DNA of 64,000 nt from Microgenomates group bacterium (GTDB taxonomy: Bacteria > Patescibacteriota > Microgenomatia > UBA10105 > UBA927): NCBI GenBank assembly GCA_049287205.1, contig JBAQFJ010000001.1:447041-511040 (forward strand). Reading direction: 5' to 3'. The position numbers and the translations under genes were made by a program. The notes under the pieces were generated by a model. The model searched no databases. It was not told the origin of the DNA and was given only the letters and a program-made list of their open reading frames with translations. Below, one piece after another: positions 22,921 to 31,481 of the stretch (positions are counted from its first letter, which is position 1; every line of letters starts with the position of its first letter).

Positions 22921-24693
22921 TTATGGCTTAAGCCATCTAATAAAATCATTATACGATAAGGTATTTCGAATGTCACTTTTTTCCGCCCAACCGCGTCTTG
23001 CAACAGAGACACCATACGGCAAAACATCCATTCCCTCGACGTCATGCGCGTCAGAATTGATGACAAGCGGAATATGCTGTTTCCGAGCGTCGTACACTAA
23101 CGCATCCGGTAAATCTAACCGGTAAGGGTGCGCATTAATTTCCAACGCCATATCTCGTTCACTCAAAACTGGAAACACTTCTCGCCAGTCAATTTCCATC
23201 CCCTCACGTTTGCCGAGAAGCCGTCCTGTCGGATGACCAATGATGCGCACCTTGTTATTTGCAGTTGCCGCTTTGATGATGCGTTTTGTCATTTCTATCC
23301 TTGATAGCTGAAAACTGGAATGCACAGAAATAATTGCAGCATCTATGTATTCAAAAGCAGGAGTTGGGAGCGCTAATTCACCATTAGGATTAATATCAAT
23401 TTCCAACATGATGATTAATTGAACACTATTAGTATTCTTTTTAGACCATGAACTATATTGTTGTTCATAATACTCTTTACGGCGCTTCATTATAGTCATA
23501 ATCTCTTTTTCTGAGTGATTTCCCACGCTTGGATTATGATCACTGATACCGATATATTGGTACCCTAATCCCTTCGCTTTATCCAACATTTCTTCCAAAC
23601 TGTTCAGTCCAAGATCATGCGATGAAGCTAAATCAAAATTTGTGTGCATGTGAAGATCACCCCTTACATCTTGCGGCGCAACAAGTGTGGGGAGCGTATG
23701 TTTTACAGCAGCTTCAACCTCACCTCGATCTTCACGAAGTTCTGGCGGCACCCATGAAAGCCCGATGTGTTCATAAAAAGATTCTTCCGATGCAAATTTC
23801 TTTATTGTTCCCTTCTTTCCTTCTTTAATACCGTATTCCGACAACGACATCTGTTTTGACAGCGCATACGTACGGAGCTTGATATTGTGATTTTTTGATC
23901 CCGTAAAATACTGCAGCATCGCCCCATATGATTCCTTCTCCTGCACCCGAAGATCTACCTGTCTGCCGTTTGTAAGGAGTATTGATGCACCTGTTGGGCC
24001 TTTTTCGATAATCTTCTCATGCCGATACGTACAGAAATACTCAATTGCTCCTTCCGGATCGTCTGTGACGATCGCCATATCAATGTCTCCTATTGTTGCA
24101 ACGCGTCGCCTCAAACTTCCAAGCACATCAACCTGTTTAATGTGTGTGTTCTTCAGTAAAAAAGTCTTTATTGCATTTGCTATCTCATCCGCATCACGGA
24201 TATTTATACGGTTTTCTTTAATACTTCCTTTAAGATATGTATTAATATTTTTTATGAGTTCCTCTTCGGACTTCTCGCCAAAACCTTCCATACCGGCAAT
24301 CTTACCAAGTGTCGCTTTTGCCAGAAGATCTTTTACAACAGTGTATTCGTTTGTTAAATGGAATTCGGTGACTAACTTAAACGCCCGCTTCGGGCCAATG
24401 CCAGGTACAAGTAAAAGCGGAAAAACGCTTTTGGGAATTTCAGCAAGTGTCTTTTCAAAATGTTTCGCATGTCCGGTTCTGAAAAGTTCATCAAGATGCG
24501 ATGCAATCGTTGGGCCAACACCGGGAATTTCATTGATTTTCCCGTCGTCCCAATAATCTTTTGCTTCACTCGTCAAATGTTCAATGCTGTCTGCAGCACG
24601 TTCATACGCAACAATTCTGAATCTGTTTTCACCTCGTATTTGATACACAGCAACAATATTTCGAAATAATTGTGCAAGCTGAAGATTTGTCAT
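22921..24693 (-). CDS. polX: family X DNA polymerase with C-terminal PHP domain (PolX)
   Basis: 590 aa; N-terminal Pol-beta-like 8 kDa/HhH region (IPGVGPTIASHL, VPGIGPKRAF) and C-terminal PHP (GDLHMHTNFDLASSH). Confidence 0.9.
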   Translation of the reverse strand: MTNLQLAQLFRNIVAVYQIRGENRFRIVAYERAADSIEHLTSEAKDYWDDGKINEIPGVGPTIASHLDELFRTGHAKHFEKTLAEIPKSVFPLLLVPGIGPKRAFKLVTEFHLTNEYTVVKDLLAKATLGKIAGMEGFGEKSEEELIKNINTYLKGSIKENRINIRDADEIANAIKTFLLKNTHIKQVDVLGSLRRRVATIGDIDMAIVTDDPEGAIEYFCTYRHEKIIEKGPTGASILLTNGRQVDLRVQEKESYGAMLQYFTGSKNHNIKLRTYALSKQMSLSEYGIKEGKKGTIKKFASEESFYEHIGLSWVPPELREDRGEVEAAVKHTLPTLVAPQDVRGDLHMHTNFDLASSHDLGLNSLEEMLDKAKGLGYQYIGISDHNPSVGNHSEKEIMTIMKRRKEYYEQQYSSWSKKNTNSVQLIIMLEIDINPNGELALPTPAFEYIDAAIISVHSSFQLSRIEMTKRIIKAATANNKVRIIGHPTGRLLGKREGMEIDWREVFPVLSERDMALEINAHPYRLDLPDALVYDARKQHIPLVINSDAHDVEGMDVLPYGVSVARRGWAEKSDIRNTLSYNDFIRWLKP

Positions 24694-24772
24694 AAAGATA
24701 GTGCTCTTTCATTATCCTAACACAGATATTGTGGTTCTCTCAATTTTTACGGTATAATCAGGTTTGTAGTTT

Positions 24773-24850
24773 GGGATCGTAGCTCAGCCTGGTTAGAGCG
24801 CTTCCCTGTCAAGGAAGAGGTCGAGGGTTCGAACCCCTTCGGTCCCGCCA
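24773..24850 (+). tRNA. tRNA-Asp (anticodon GTC)
   Basis: Hand-folded cloverleaf: acceptor GGGATCG/CGGTCCC, anticodon stem CTTCC/GGAAG with loop CTGTCAA, T-loop TTCGAAC; 3' CCA encoded. Confidence 0.85.
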
Positions 24851-24986
24851 CGTCAAACGTGACTGTCGCGTTTGTTTAAACCGCGTTTGACGCGGACGCG
24901 ACGCCAAATTGCTAAATATATCCGTTAGGTGTATAAAACAGTTACTGCCTACGTATTTATCTTCTGCCCAAAGGATGGTATCCGCT

Positions 24987-25529
24987 ATGAAAAAACCTCC
25001 ACAAACTTTTTTCCAAAAATATGATGCCATCATTTCTCTTATCCTTGGCACTATTCTTGTTATTGTCATCGGGGTGTTAACGTTCTCCATTATTTCTTCG
25101 GCTCAAAAAAACACAACGCAAAATGCTGACACCGAAAGTGCTATACCATTGCCTACCACATACCGTGTTTCTGAAGGCGAAACATTGTGGGATATTTCCA
25201 TAAAATTCTATAACAGTGGATATAACTGGGTAACTATCGCAAAAGCAAACAACTTAGATAACCCTGACGGCCTTGCAATTGGACAAGAACTACTCATTCC
25301 TGATGCTACGCCAATAGTAGTAGAATCCGGCGACATATTGGATGGCATAACGACAGAAGTTTCAAAACCACTCCATACAGAGATTACCGTCATACAAGGT
25401 GAATCATTGTGGATCATTGCAACACGGGAATACGGTTCAGGATATCGATGGGTCGATATAGCAAAATCAAATGTGATCATTACGAATCCTGATCTCATCT
25501 ATCCAAACATGGTGCTTCGGTTGCCCTGA
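24987..25529 (+). CDS. membrane-anchored double LysM-domain (peptidoglycan-binding) protein
   Basis: N-terminal TM helix (IISLILGTILVIVIGVLTFSII), then two LysM repeats (YRVSEGETLWDISIKFY...LLIP and VIQGESLWIIATREYGSGYRWVDIAKSN...MVLRLP). Start chosen at the ATG 11 nt downstream of an AAGGA RBS; a longer in-frame start at 24909 is possible. Confidence 0.75.
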   Translation: MKKPPQTFFQKYDAIISLILGTILVIVIGVLTFSIISSAQKNTTQNADTESAIPLPTTYRVSEGETLWDISIKFYNSGYNWVTIAKANNLDNPDGLAIGQELLIPDATPIVVESGDILDGITTEVSKPLHTEITVIQGESLWIIATREYGSGYRWVDIAKSNVIITNPDLIYPNMVLRLP

Positions 25530-25553
25530 AAATTTGATATAATTCCAATACCC

Positions 25554-25627
25554 GCGGGATTAGTACACCGGTAGTATATCTCCTTCCCAAGGAGAAGAAG
25601 AGGGTTCGATTCCCTTATCCCGCTCCA
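25554..25627 (+). tRNA. tRNA-Gly (anticodon CCC)
   Basis: Hand-folded: acceptor GCGGGAT/ATCCCGC, anticodon stem TCTCC/GGAGA with loop TTCCCAA, T-loop TTCGATT, CCA encoded. Confidence 0.8.
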
Positions 25628-25680
25628 TATCGGACTAGTTTTGCAACTTCTTCAAATTTAGCCTTGAAATCAACTTTTAG

Positions 25681-25704
25681 CCTGGTTCTAACCAGGTTTT
25701 TTCA
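25681..25704 (+). terminator. rho-independent terminator downstream of tRNA-Gly
   Basis: CCTGGTT-CTA-AACCAGG perfect 7-bp stem followed by TTTTTTC. Confidence 0.5.
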
Positions 25705-25764
25705 TTTTTCTGAGTTAGCCTGGAAGAAAAGGATACTGGTGATGGGAATCGAACTTTAAATGCT

Positions 25765-27630
25765 TTACTCCCAATCTATGTTTTCTAAATCTTGGAGAAA
25801 TTGACATATTCCAACCTGAGCAACAGCTTTGCCGTTTACCCGCCTAGTGGCAACTCTTCCTGTATTCTGACCAAGCGCCTGATTAAAAGGTATATATCTA
25901 GACCAAGAAACTGTGAGCGTTTTTTTTGCGCGAGTAAATGCTACATAGAGTAACCGTCTTTGTTCTTGAACATGTTCGTGATCAGTTAGATGTTCAGCAC
26001 GTCTTATACCAGGAATGTTTCCATTGTTACAGCCTATTATGAAAACATGATCGGCTTCCAGTCCTTTGGATGCCAATGGTGTCATAACAGAAACCATTTC
26101 TTGAGGAGTATTCAATGTCCTCACCTGATCAGAAAATTTACTATAAAAACTAGATATAGAATCATCATCCTCAAGAATGTCATTTATTAGTGCTCTTAAA
26201 TCACCTAATTCTTCATTTTCAGTTGGAAACAATTCTTCAATACTAGAAACAAGATCTTGATCCGTATGAGCGCCTAAAAATTCTCTTAATGAACTAATTC
26301 GAAAGCAAAGCCGTCTCAGCCTTTTTTGTCGTATGCCAAAATCTTCTTCTTTAGCGTTTTGTATTACATCATGCAAATTGCCATATTTTTCTTTCAATAG
26401 TTTTAATTCTTTTGAGAAGTGTTCATCATCAGTCAATCCCAGGTAAGTTCTAATTCTTAATAATGAACTGGGGTTGGCCAATACTCCTAAAAGAGTGACA
26501 CGTTCCTGTTGCAACAATGTAAATTCACTCTTCTGTAAGAAAGCAAATTTTACAGCACCTTCATCATCTTGGTTATCTGTAGCGTATTTTACAAAGATAT
26601 TTCCCAATTTCTTTTTTGGAGACAGAACGAGAATATCTTTAGGTTCAACGCCGCTATTTGTTAACTCCTTTATTCGGGTGATTACATAATCAAATTCTTC
26701 GTCTTGAGTATTGCGTTTGATAAAGTGTACTTCTCCATCTTCCTTGTCAGGTAGTGGTTGCAACAAGTTGGTTCTAGTGGGTTCATTCTGGAGTAACAGT
26801 TGGTTAGCATACCCAATAATTTTCTTTGCACATCTTCCCGTATACGTGATAGTGTGTTTTTCCACATCATTGAGACCACTCGCAAAAGTGTCAATTCCTT
26901 GTGGGTGAGCAAATTTGAAACTGTAAATTGATTGGTCAGGATCTCCCAGAACTATTAACAATTCGGTATTGGCCGAAGCTATTTTTACAAACTCTTGTTC
27001 CAGTTTATTTAGATCTTGAAATTCATCAACAAATAGATATTTTATTTCTTGGAAAAATGGTGACCCTGGAAGGGTTCTACCCAACTTAACTGCGTTGTAG
27101 GCAATTTCCTCCATGAGTGCGGCTTTATATTCTGATAACCAAAACATTACCGCTCTTTTGAAAGTTTTTTGTTCTTCATTCTCTTCAAAAATTTCTTCAC
27201 CTGGTTCTTGTGACCAGGCCGCACTAAAAAGTGTTAGGTTCTTTTTAAGCTCGTTTTTATTTTTCGAAGGAAAAACCAACTTCAAGTCTGAAATAAGTAC
27301 ATCTTTTTCAAAATCTAAAACAATCGAGTCAACGCGGTCTCGTATGTCATGGTCATTTTCCGATATAAGAAATGACAGGCAAAGTGAATGGACTGTACAA
27401 GCATACGGAGCCCTATCAAGTTGCTTTACTTTTTTCTTTAAATCTAACGCTGCCATCCTAGAAAAACTTGACAATACTATAGAATTGGAATTAATTTCAT
27501 TATTGCTAAATACTTGAGAAGCTTTAGGGATCATAACTTGTGATGTTTTCCCCGTTCCGGGACCAGCAACAATAATTATCTTGCTTGCTGTCGAATTTAA
27601 AATCTCATCGTATTTTGCCTGATTATTCAT
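25765..27630 (-). CDS. compact UvrD/PcrA-like SF1 DNA helicase
   Basis: 621 aa; Walker A IIIVAGPGTGKTSQ, motif II FVDEFQDLN, C-terminal motif VI-like YVAFTRAKKTLTVSW; start overlaps the upstream gene stop by 4 nt. Confidence 0.8.
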   Translation of the reverse strand: MNNQAKYDEILNSTASKIIIVAGPGTGKTSQVMIPKASQVFSNNEINSNSIVLSSFSRMAALDLKKKVKQLDRAPYACTVHSLCLSFLISENDHDIRDRVDSIVLDFEKDVLISDLKLVFPSKNKNELKKNLTLFSAAWSQEPGEEIFEENEEQKTFKRAVMFWLSEYKAALMEEIAYNAVKLGRTLPGSPFFQEIKYLFVDEFQDLNKLEQEFVKIASANTELLIVLGDPDQSIYSFKFAHPQGIDTFASGLNDVEKHTITYTGRCAKKIIGYANQLLLQNEPTRTNLLQPLPDKEDGEVHFIKRNTQDEEFDYVITRIKELTNSGVEPKDILVLSPKKKLGNIFVKYATDNQDDEGAVKFAFLQKSEFTLLQQERVTLLGVLANPSSLLRIRTYLGLTDDEHFSKELKLLKEKYGNLHDVIQNAKEEDFGIRQKRLRRLCFRISSLREFLGAHTDQDLVSSIEELFPTENEELGDLRALINDILEDDDSISSFYSKFSDQVRTLNTPQEMVSVMTPLASKGLEADHVFIIGCNNGNIPGIRRAEHLTDHEHVQEQRRLLYVAFTRAKKTLTVSWSRYIPFNQALGQNTGRVATRRVNGKAVAQVGICQFLQDLENIDWE

Positions 27631-28589
27631 AGCTTTTTAGCTTTTTTGTTAATGCCTTCCATTACCTGCAAGTAGTTTTTATAAAGTTTATCAAGCTCTT
27701 TTTCAACCCTCCAACCATAGTTGTCGCTTGCAGCAGCAAAGATTCCACTAAAAAAGTCAAAAGCCATTACTAGATCTTGCTCAACCCAGTTATCAGAAAT
27801 TCCGGCGAAATTGATAAAACCGTTTTCTGTGCGTTTAACATAATCATTCATGACGCGTGAATGAGAGTGTGTGTGTTGCGAACTAAGTCTATACATTGTT
27901 TTATATTGACCGCCACGGCCGACTTCTTCGGCCATTTCTCCTAAAGATTTGTCTGACCAGTTATATCCTTTATACGAATATTTTCTTTGGACTTCTCCAG
28001 CCTTTTTTCTCACTTCATCAATCGAAACATCTCCAACTTTTGGTCTGAGAGCACGTTGCTCTAATTGCAATAATAGTTCAGGTTTTTGTTCTGCATATTT
28101 AAACATTTTTTCCCTTAAAACCCAATCAAAAGCATAATAGCGATATGCTCGTTCATCGGTTGGATCTTTTAGGATATATAGAAGTGTGATTAAAAGCTCA
28201 AAAATTGTTCTGTTTAAGATCGAAGCGTCTTCGCCATAACCCCCTTCACAAAGAGTCATGATGGCTGAGTGGGTTTTATAAGACTTTGCTAAAGTAAACG
28301 CAACTAGCGCATCTTTTGGTCCTATGTTTCTGATTTCCCTCTCAAGATAATCATCTACTAGTAACTTGAGTTGGTGGTTGAAGCTAAAGAGATCTTTGTA
28401 GGAGGTGCTAATGATATTCTTTGTCCGGTAATTAGATGCGTCTTCTTCGCTAACAACCCATTCACGACCTCTCTTTTCGGCCTTTAATTTTCCTTCACCA
28501 ATTAACCTGCGAACATAGGAATCATCATTGTATCCAAGTATTTTTGCAAGATCTCGAGTGTTGTAGTAACGCATACAAAAATAATACAA
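27627..28589 (-). CDS. excisionase-type HTH DNA-binding protein with large alpha-helical C-terminal domain of unknown function (possible HEPN-like Rx4H)
   Basis: 320 aa; N-terminal YNTRDLAKILGYNDDSYVRRLIGEGKLKAEKRGREWVVSEEDASNY fits the excisionase/MerR-like HTH_17 pattern; C-terminal ~250 aa predicted helical and contains YRLSSQHTHSH (R-x4-H); translationally coupled to the helicase. Confidence 0.55.
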   Translation of the reverse strand: MYYFCMRYYNTRDLAKILGYNDDSYVRRLIGEGKLKAEKRGREWVVSEEDASNYRTKNIISTSYKDLFSFNHQLKLLVDDYLEREIRNIGPKDALVAFTLAKSYKTHSAIMTLCEGGYGEDASILNRTIFELLITLLYILKDPTDERAYRYYAFDWVLREKMFKYAEQKPELLLQLEQRALRPKVGDVSIDEVRKKAGEVQRKYSYKGYNWSDKSLGEMAEEVGRGGQYKTMYRLSSQHTHSHSRVMNDYVKRTENGFINFAGISDNWVEQDLVMAFDFFSGIFAAASDNYGWRVEKELDKLYKNYLQVMEGINKKAKKL

Positions 28590-28636
28590 CCATTGTTATT
28601 ACTTGTCAACCGTTATCGTGTACTTACTTGCGTGTA

Positions 28637-29140
28637 CTAAGGGTTTTCTTTAGAATCTCTCCCACTAGGCATAAAGAGGTAGTTATATTGAGTGAAATTT
28701 GGTTCAAATTCGGCCTTATTTAGCAACGTATCTGCAATCTCTTCATCACTCATGGAGTAATTTAGGTAATAGTTGGAATGTATATCTATTGTGTTTTTTC
28801 CGGCTTTGATTGAGTTTCCCTTTCCAGAAGTAGAATCAGTTGTTGTTTCCAGTAACTTTTCAAACTTTGCTTCATTGTCAATAAATCCGTAGTAGTAAAG
28901 ATTGCCAACGACTCCTTGGAGCGTGCTGCTTGGACTTAATCTGAGCATAACTCCATCAGAAGCCATGGATTTACCTTCTTCGGCACTTACTCTCATATGT
29001 TCAATAAAATAATCCTCTACGGTTTTTCGAGAAGCTAAGTCTTCAGACGTCGGGGGAAGCGGTTTATTGAGAAAGAAATATCCAGCAACAAAAATTCCAA
29101 CTAAAATTAATGCTCCAATTACTATTCCGTTTTTCTTCAT
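28637..29140 (-). CDS. membrane-anchored hypothetical protein
   Basis: 167 aa; N-terminal TM (GIVIGALILVGIFVAGYFFL) followed by a soluble domain; first gene of the minus-strand trio with the HTH protein and helicase. Confidence 0.5.
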   Translation of the reverse strand: MKKNGIVIGALILVGIFVAGYFFLNKPLPPTSEDLASRKTVEDYFIEHMRVSAEEGKSMASDGVMLRLSPSSTLQGVVGNLYYYGFIDNEAKFEKLLETTTDSTSGKGNSIKAGKNTIDIHSNYYLNYSMSDEEIADTLLNKAEFEPNFTQYNYLFMPSGRDSKENP

Positions 29141-29155
29141 AATACCCCGAAGGGC

Positions 29156-29229
29156 GATCTCTGTGGTTAAGATGGATCACTTTCGTGCCATCAGTTCTCT
29201 AAAAGTAAGATACCTTCACCACAGAGATC
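29156..29229. promoter_or_regulatory. perfect 11-bp inverted repeat (GATCTCTGTGG-N52-CCACAGAGATC) in a divergent promoter region
   Basis: Directly read: 29156-29166 GATCTCTGTGG and 29219-29229 CCACAGAGATC are exact reverse complements; they sit between divergent genes 28637-29140(-) and 29272-29619(+). Confidence 0.45.
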
Positions 29230-29271
29230 ATTCGGTATGCTCATTTTATCACTTCTTGATATACTTACGTT

Positions 29272-29619
29272 ATGAGTCTGCTTGAACAGTTTTTTGTTAT
29301 CAGTTTGCTTGTTCAGATAGCCCATTCTATCGAGGAGCTTTCGACTGGCTTCCACAAAAAGTGGTATGTATTCAAAATGCCATTTTGGGTATTTTTAGTG
29401 TTTGAAATAATTTTTGAAAGTTTTTGGATTGCTGTATGGCTTCTACAAGATTTTCCGAGCAGGACCATCCTTCAAGCATTCTTCCTAGCTCTCATGTTTG
29501 CCAATGGAGTTCAACATATTGTGTGGGCTGGAAACGTTAAAAAGTATGTACCTGGTTTAATTACTGCGCCGATTCATATTATTGTTTTCCTTGCATACTA
29601 TTTCAAAGCTATTTTCTAA
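29272..29619 (+). CDS. HXXEE-domain small membrane protein
   Basis: 115 aa; N-terminal helix with AHSIEELSTGF (HxxEE motif) plus further TM helices. Confidence 0.55.
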   Translation: MSLLEQFFVISLLVQIAHSIEELSTGFHKKWYVFKMPFWVFLVFEIIFESFWIAVWLLQDFPSRTILQAFFLALMFANGVQHIVWAGNVKKYVPGLITAPIHIIVFLAYYFKAIF

Positions 29620-29840
29620 GTTTTCTTGGTTTACCAAAAACCTCCTGAAACAAACAGAAATCAACACTCTTGAGATGGTTTTTAAAAGCAGTGAGTTGTA
29701 CAATCAGTTCAGGAGTAATGGAAGACCGGAGTATGATTTTGACGGCAGTAGGAAATGTCATGTCAGTCTGGCTTAGAAGATATGATTTGATATGGTCATC
29801 CAGGCTGGGCAGGTTCGAGCAAAGTACGGTGACCAGCTCA

Positions 29841-30617
29841 ATGACATTAGACCCAAAAAACACCATCGTTATCGCAGACTTTGACGGAACACTTATTAAA
29901 CGCTACGTTGACGGCAAACGGGTGCCTTCTCAGGCATCCATTCTTGAACATGATCCAAAATATTTGGGCGACGCGGGGGTCGCTGAAATGAAACGACTGT
30001 ATGCACAGTACAACGCAATCGAAGTTGATCCGACTGTTCCCTCCGAAGAAAAAATAATTTTTATGCAGGAATGGTGGGAAAAATGTTTTGATCTGTTTCG
30101 ACAATACCATGTAACCTCCGGCATGATTGCGGAAGTGTGCAATTCGCCTCTTGTACAACTTCGCGACGGACTGAATGAATTTCTTGCATATATCCACCAA
30201 CATATGATCCCGATGATCATATATTCCGCAAATGGCATCGGAAGCGATTCCATACAATATCTTTTTCAAAAACACAATTTGTTTACCCCAAATATCCGTA
30301 TCTGTTCCAATGAATTATCCTTTGATGCACAAGGATTATTTACGCATGCAAAACTCCCAATCATCACGTGCGCAAACAAAACTGGAGAAACGCTCATTAA
30401 AAATAAATTCATTTCCCAAACCCCCGAAAAGCGGCACTGTCTCCTCATCGGTGACGGACTGGACGATGTACGGATGACGGAGGGAATCAATTTTGAAACA
30501 GTATGTAAAGTGGCATTTGGTGATATCGATTCACCAGCATTTAAAAAACGCTATGATCTCATTTTACCAATCGATGCGGGATTCCAGCCAATCAGCGCAC
30601 TGTTTGATAATTCCTGA
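29841..30617 (+). CDS. HAD-superfamily hydrolase, possibly pyrimidine 5'-nucleotidase-like
   Basis: HAD motif I IVIADFDGTLI, motif II-like YSANG, Lys in ITCANKTG, motif IV LLIGDGLDDVRM. Start set at ATG 29841 (MTLDPKNTIVIADFDGTL); the ORF track's longer form from TTG 29670 is possible. Confidence 0.6.
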   Translation: MTLDPKNTIVIADFDGTLIKRYVDGKRVPSQASILEHDPKYLGDAGVAEMKRLYAQYNAIEVDPTVPSEEKIIFMQEWWEKCFDLFRQYHVTSGMIAEVCNSPLVQLRDGLNEFLAYIHQHMIPMIIYSANGIGSDSIQYLFQKHNLFTPNIRICSNELSFDAQGLFTHAKLPIITCANKTGETLIKNKFISQTPEKRHCLLIGDGLDDVRMTEGINFETVCKVAFGDIDSPAFKKRYDLILPIDAGFQPISALFDNS

Positions 30618-30657
30618 CACTGCTTCTTTGCCGTAAATTTGATAAAATACCAATAGC

Positions 30658-30728
30658 GCCTCCTTAGCTCAACGGTAGAGCAGCGGTATCGTAAACCGTC
30701 GATGTCAGTCCAATTCTGACAGGGGGCT
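30658..30728 (+). tRNA. tRNA-Thr (anticodon CGT)
   Basis: Hand-folded: acceptor GCCTCCT/AGGGGGC (one G-U), D-arm GCTCAACGGTAGAGC, anticodon stem GCGGT/ACCGT with loop ATCGTAA, T-stem GTCAG/CTGAC; slightly short D and variable loops, CCA not encoded. Confidence 0.7.
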
Positions 30729-30756
30729 CAAAAGTGATATACTTGTACAACGATAT

Positions 30757-31476
30757 ATGACCTATTCACGACTTCGAAAATTTGAGGAAAAACGACAAGA
30801 AAGAAAGATATTCGGTTCTCTCATAGGAATTATAGCAATCTTTCTTTTTCTCATTATATTCGGACTAAAAATTCTTACCGGATTTAGCATCCTCGTCGAC
30901 AATATACGGGGCAGCTCCAAAAAAACAACAACCGCAGCAGAAGGACAGCAACTGATTCTTCCACCGGAACTTAATCCCCTTCCTGTTGCCACCAATAGTG
31001 CTAGCCTTGTCATCACAGGAAAAGGAACTGCAGGACTCACTGCAGTGTTAAACATAAATGAACTCGATACCAAAGACGTAAAAGTCGGTGAAGACGGCTC
31101 GTTTACATTTACGAGTGTTCCTCTGACAGAAGGGCAAAACAGTTTTTCAGCAACGTTAACTGATGATAAAAAAAATATCAGCGCGGCTTCTGACATTATG
31201 ACCGTCACCTATAAAAAATCAAAACCAACACTTGATATCACCGCCCCCAGTGACGGAACAAAAATTACAGGCGAACAAAATACAGTCACAGTGACCGGAA
31301 AAACGGAAGATACCAACACCGTTACTGTCAACGGACGTATGGCTGTCATGAAAAATGACGGTTCATTTTCCTTAGATTTTTCTCTCGGCGAAGGAGATAC
31401 GACGCTTGCAATTATAGCAACAGATCTGGCGGGCAACCAGACAAAAGTTGAACGAAAGGTTTCCTACTCGAAGTAA
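30757..31476 (+). CDS. membrane-anchored surface protein with Thr/Gly-rich Ig-like beta-repeats
   Basis: 239 aa; N-terminal TM (LIGIIAIFLFLIIFGL) then repeats such as TVTVTGKTEDTNTVTVNG typical of bacterial Ig-like/invasin-like folds. Confidence 0.5.
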   Translation: MTYSRLRKFEEKRQERKIFGSLIGIIAIFLFLIIFGLKILTGFSILVDNIRGSSKKTTTAAEGQQLILPPELNPLPVATNSASLVITGKGTAGLTAVLNINELDTKDVKVGEDGSFTFTSVPLTEGQNSFSATLTDDKKNISAASDIMTVTYKKSKPTLDITAPSDGTKITGEQNTVTVTGKTEDTNTVTVNGRMAVMKNDGSFSLDFSLGEGDTTLAIIATDLAGNQTKVERKVSYSK

Positions 31477-31481
31477 CGAAA

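Noticed and set aside
24809-25090. 93-aa minus-strand ORF overlapping tRNA-Asp
   Set aside because: It overlaps a confidently folded tRNA and the LysM gene start, and it is Arg-rich junk antisense to structured RNA.
27627-28589. Assigning the 320-aa HTH protein as an excisionase (Xis)
   Set aside because: Only the ~45-aa N-terminal HTH resembles the excisionase-type fold. The protein is far larger than Xis proteins and there is no integrase. It is kept as an HTH plus unknown helical domain.
24773-30728. Calling the tRNA-bounded segment a mobile element/prophage
   Set aside because: No integrase, recombinase, transposase, phage structural or replication-initiator gene and no clear att direct repeat was found by eye. 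It is reported only as an accessory segment.
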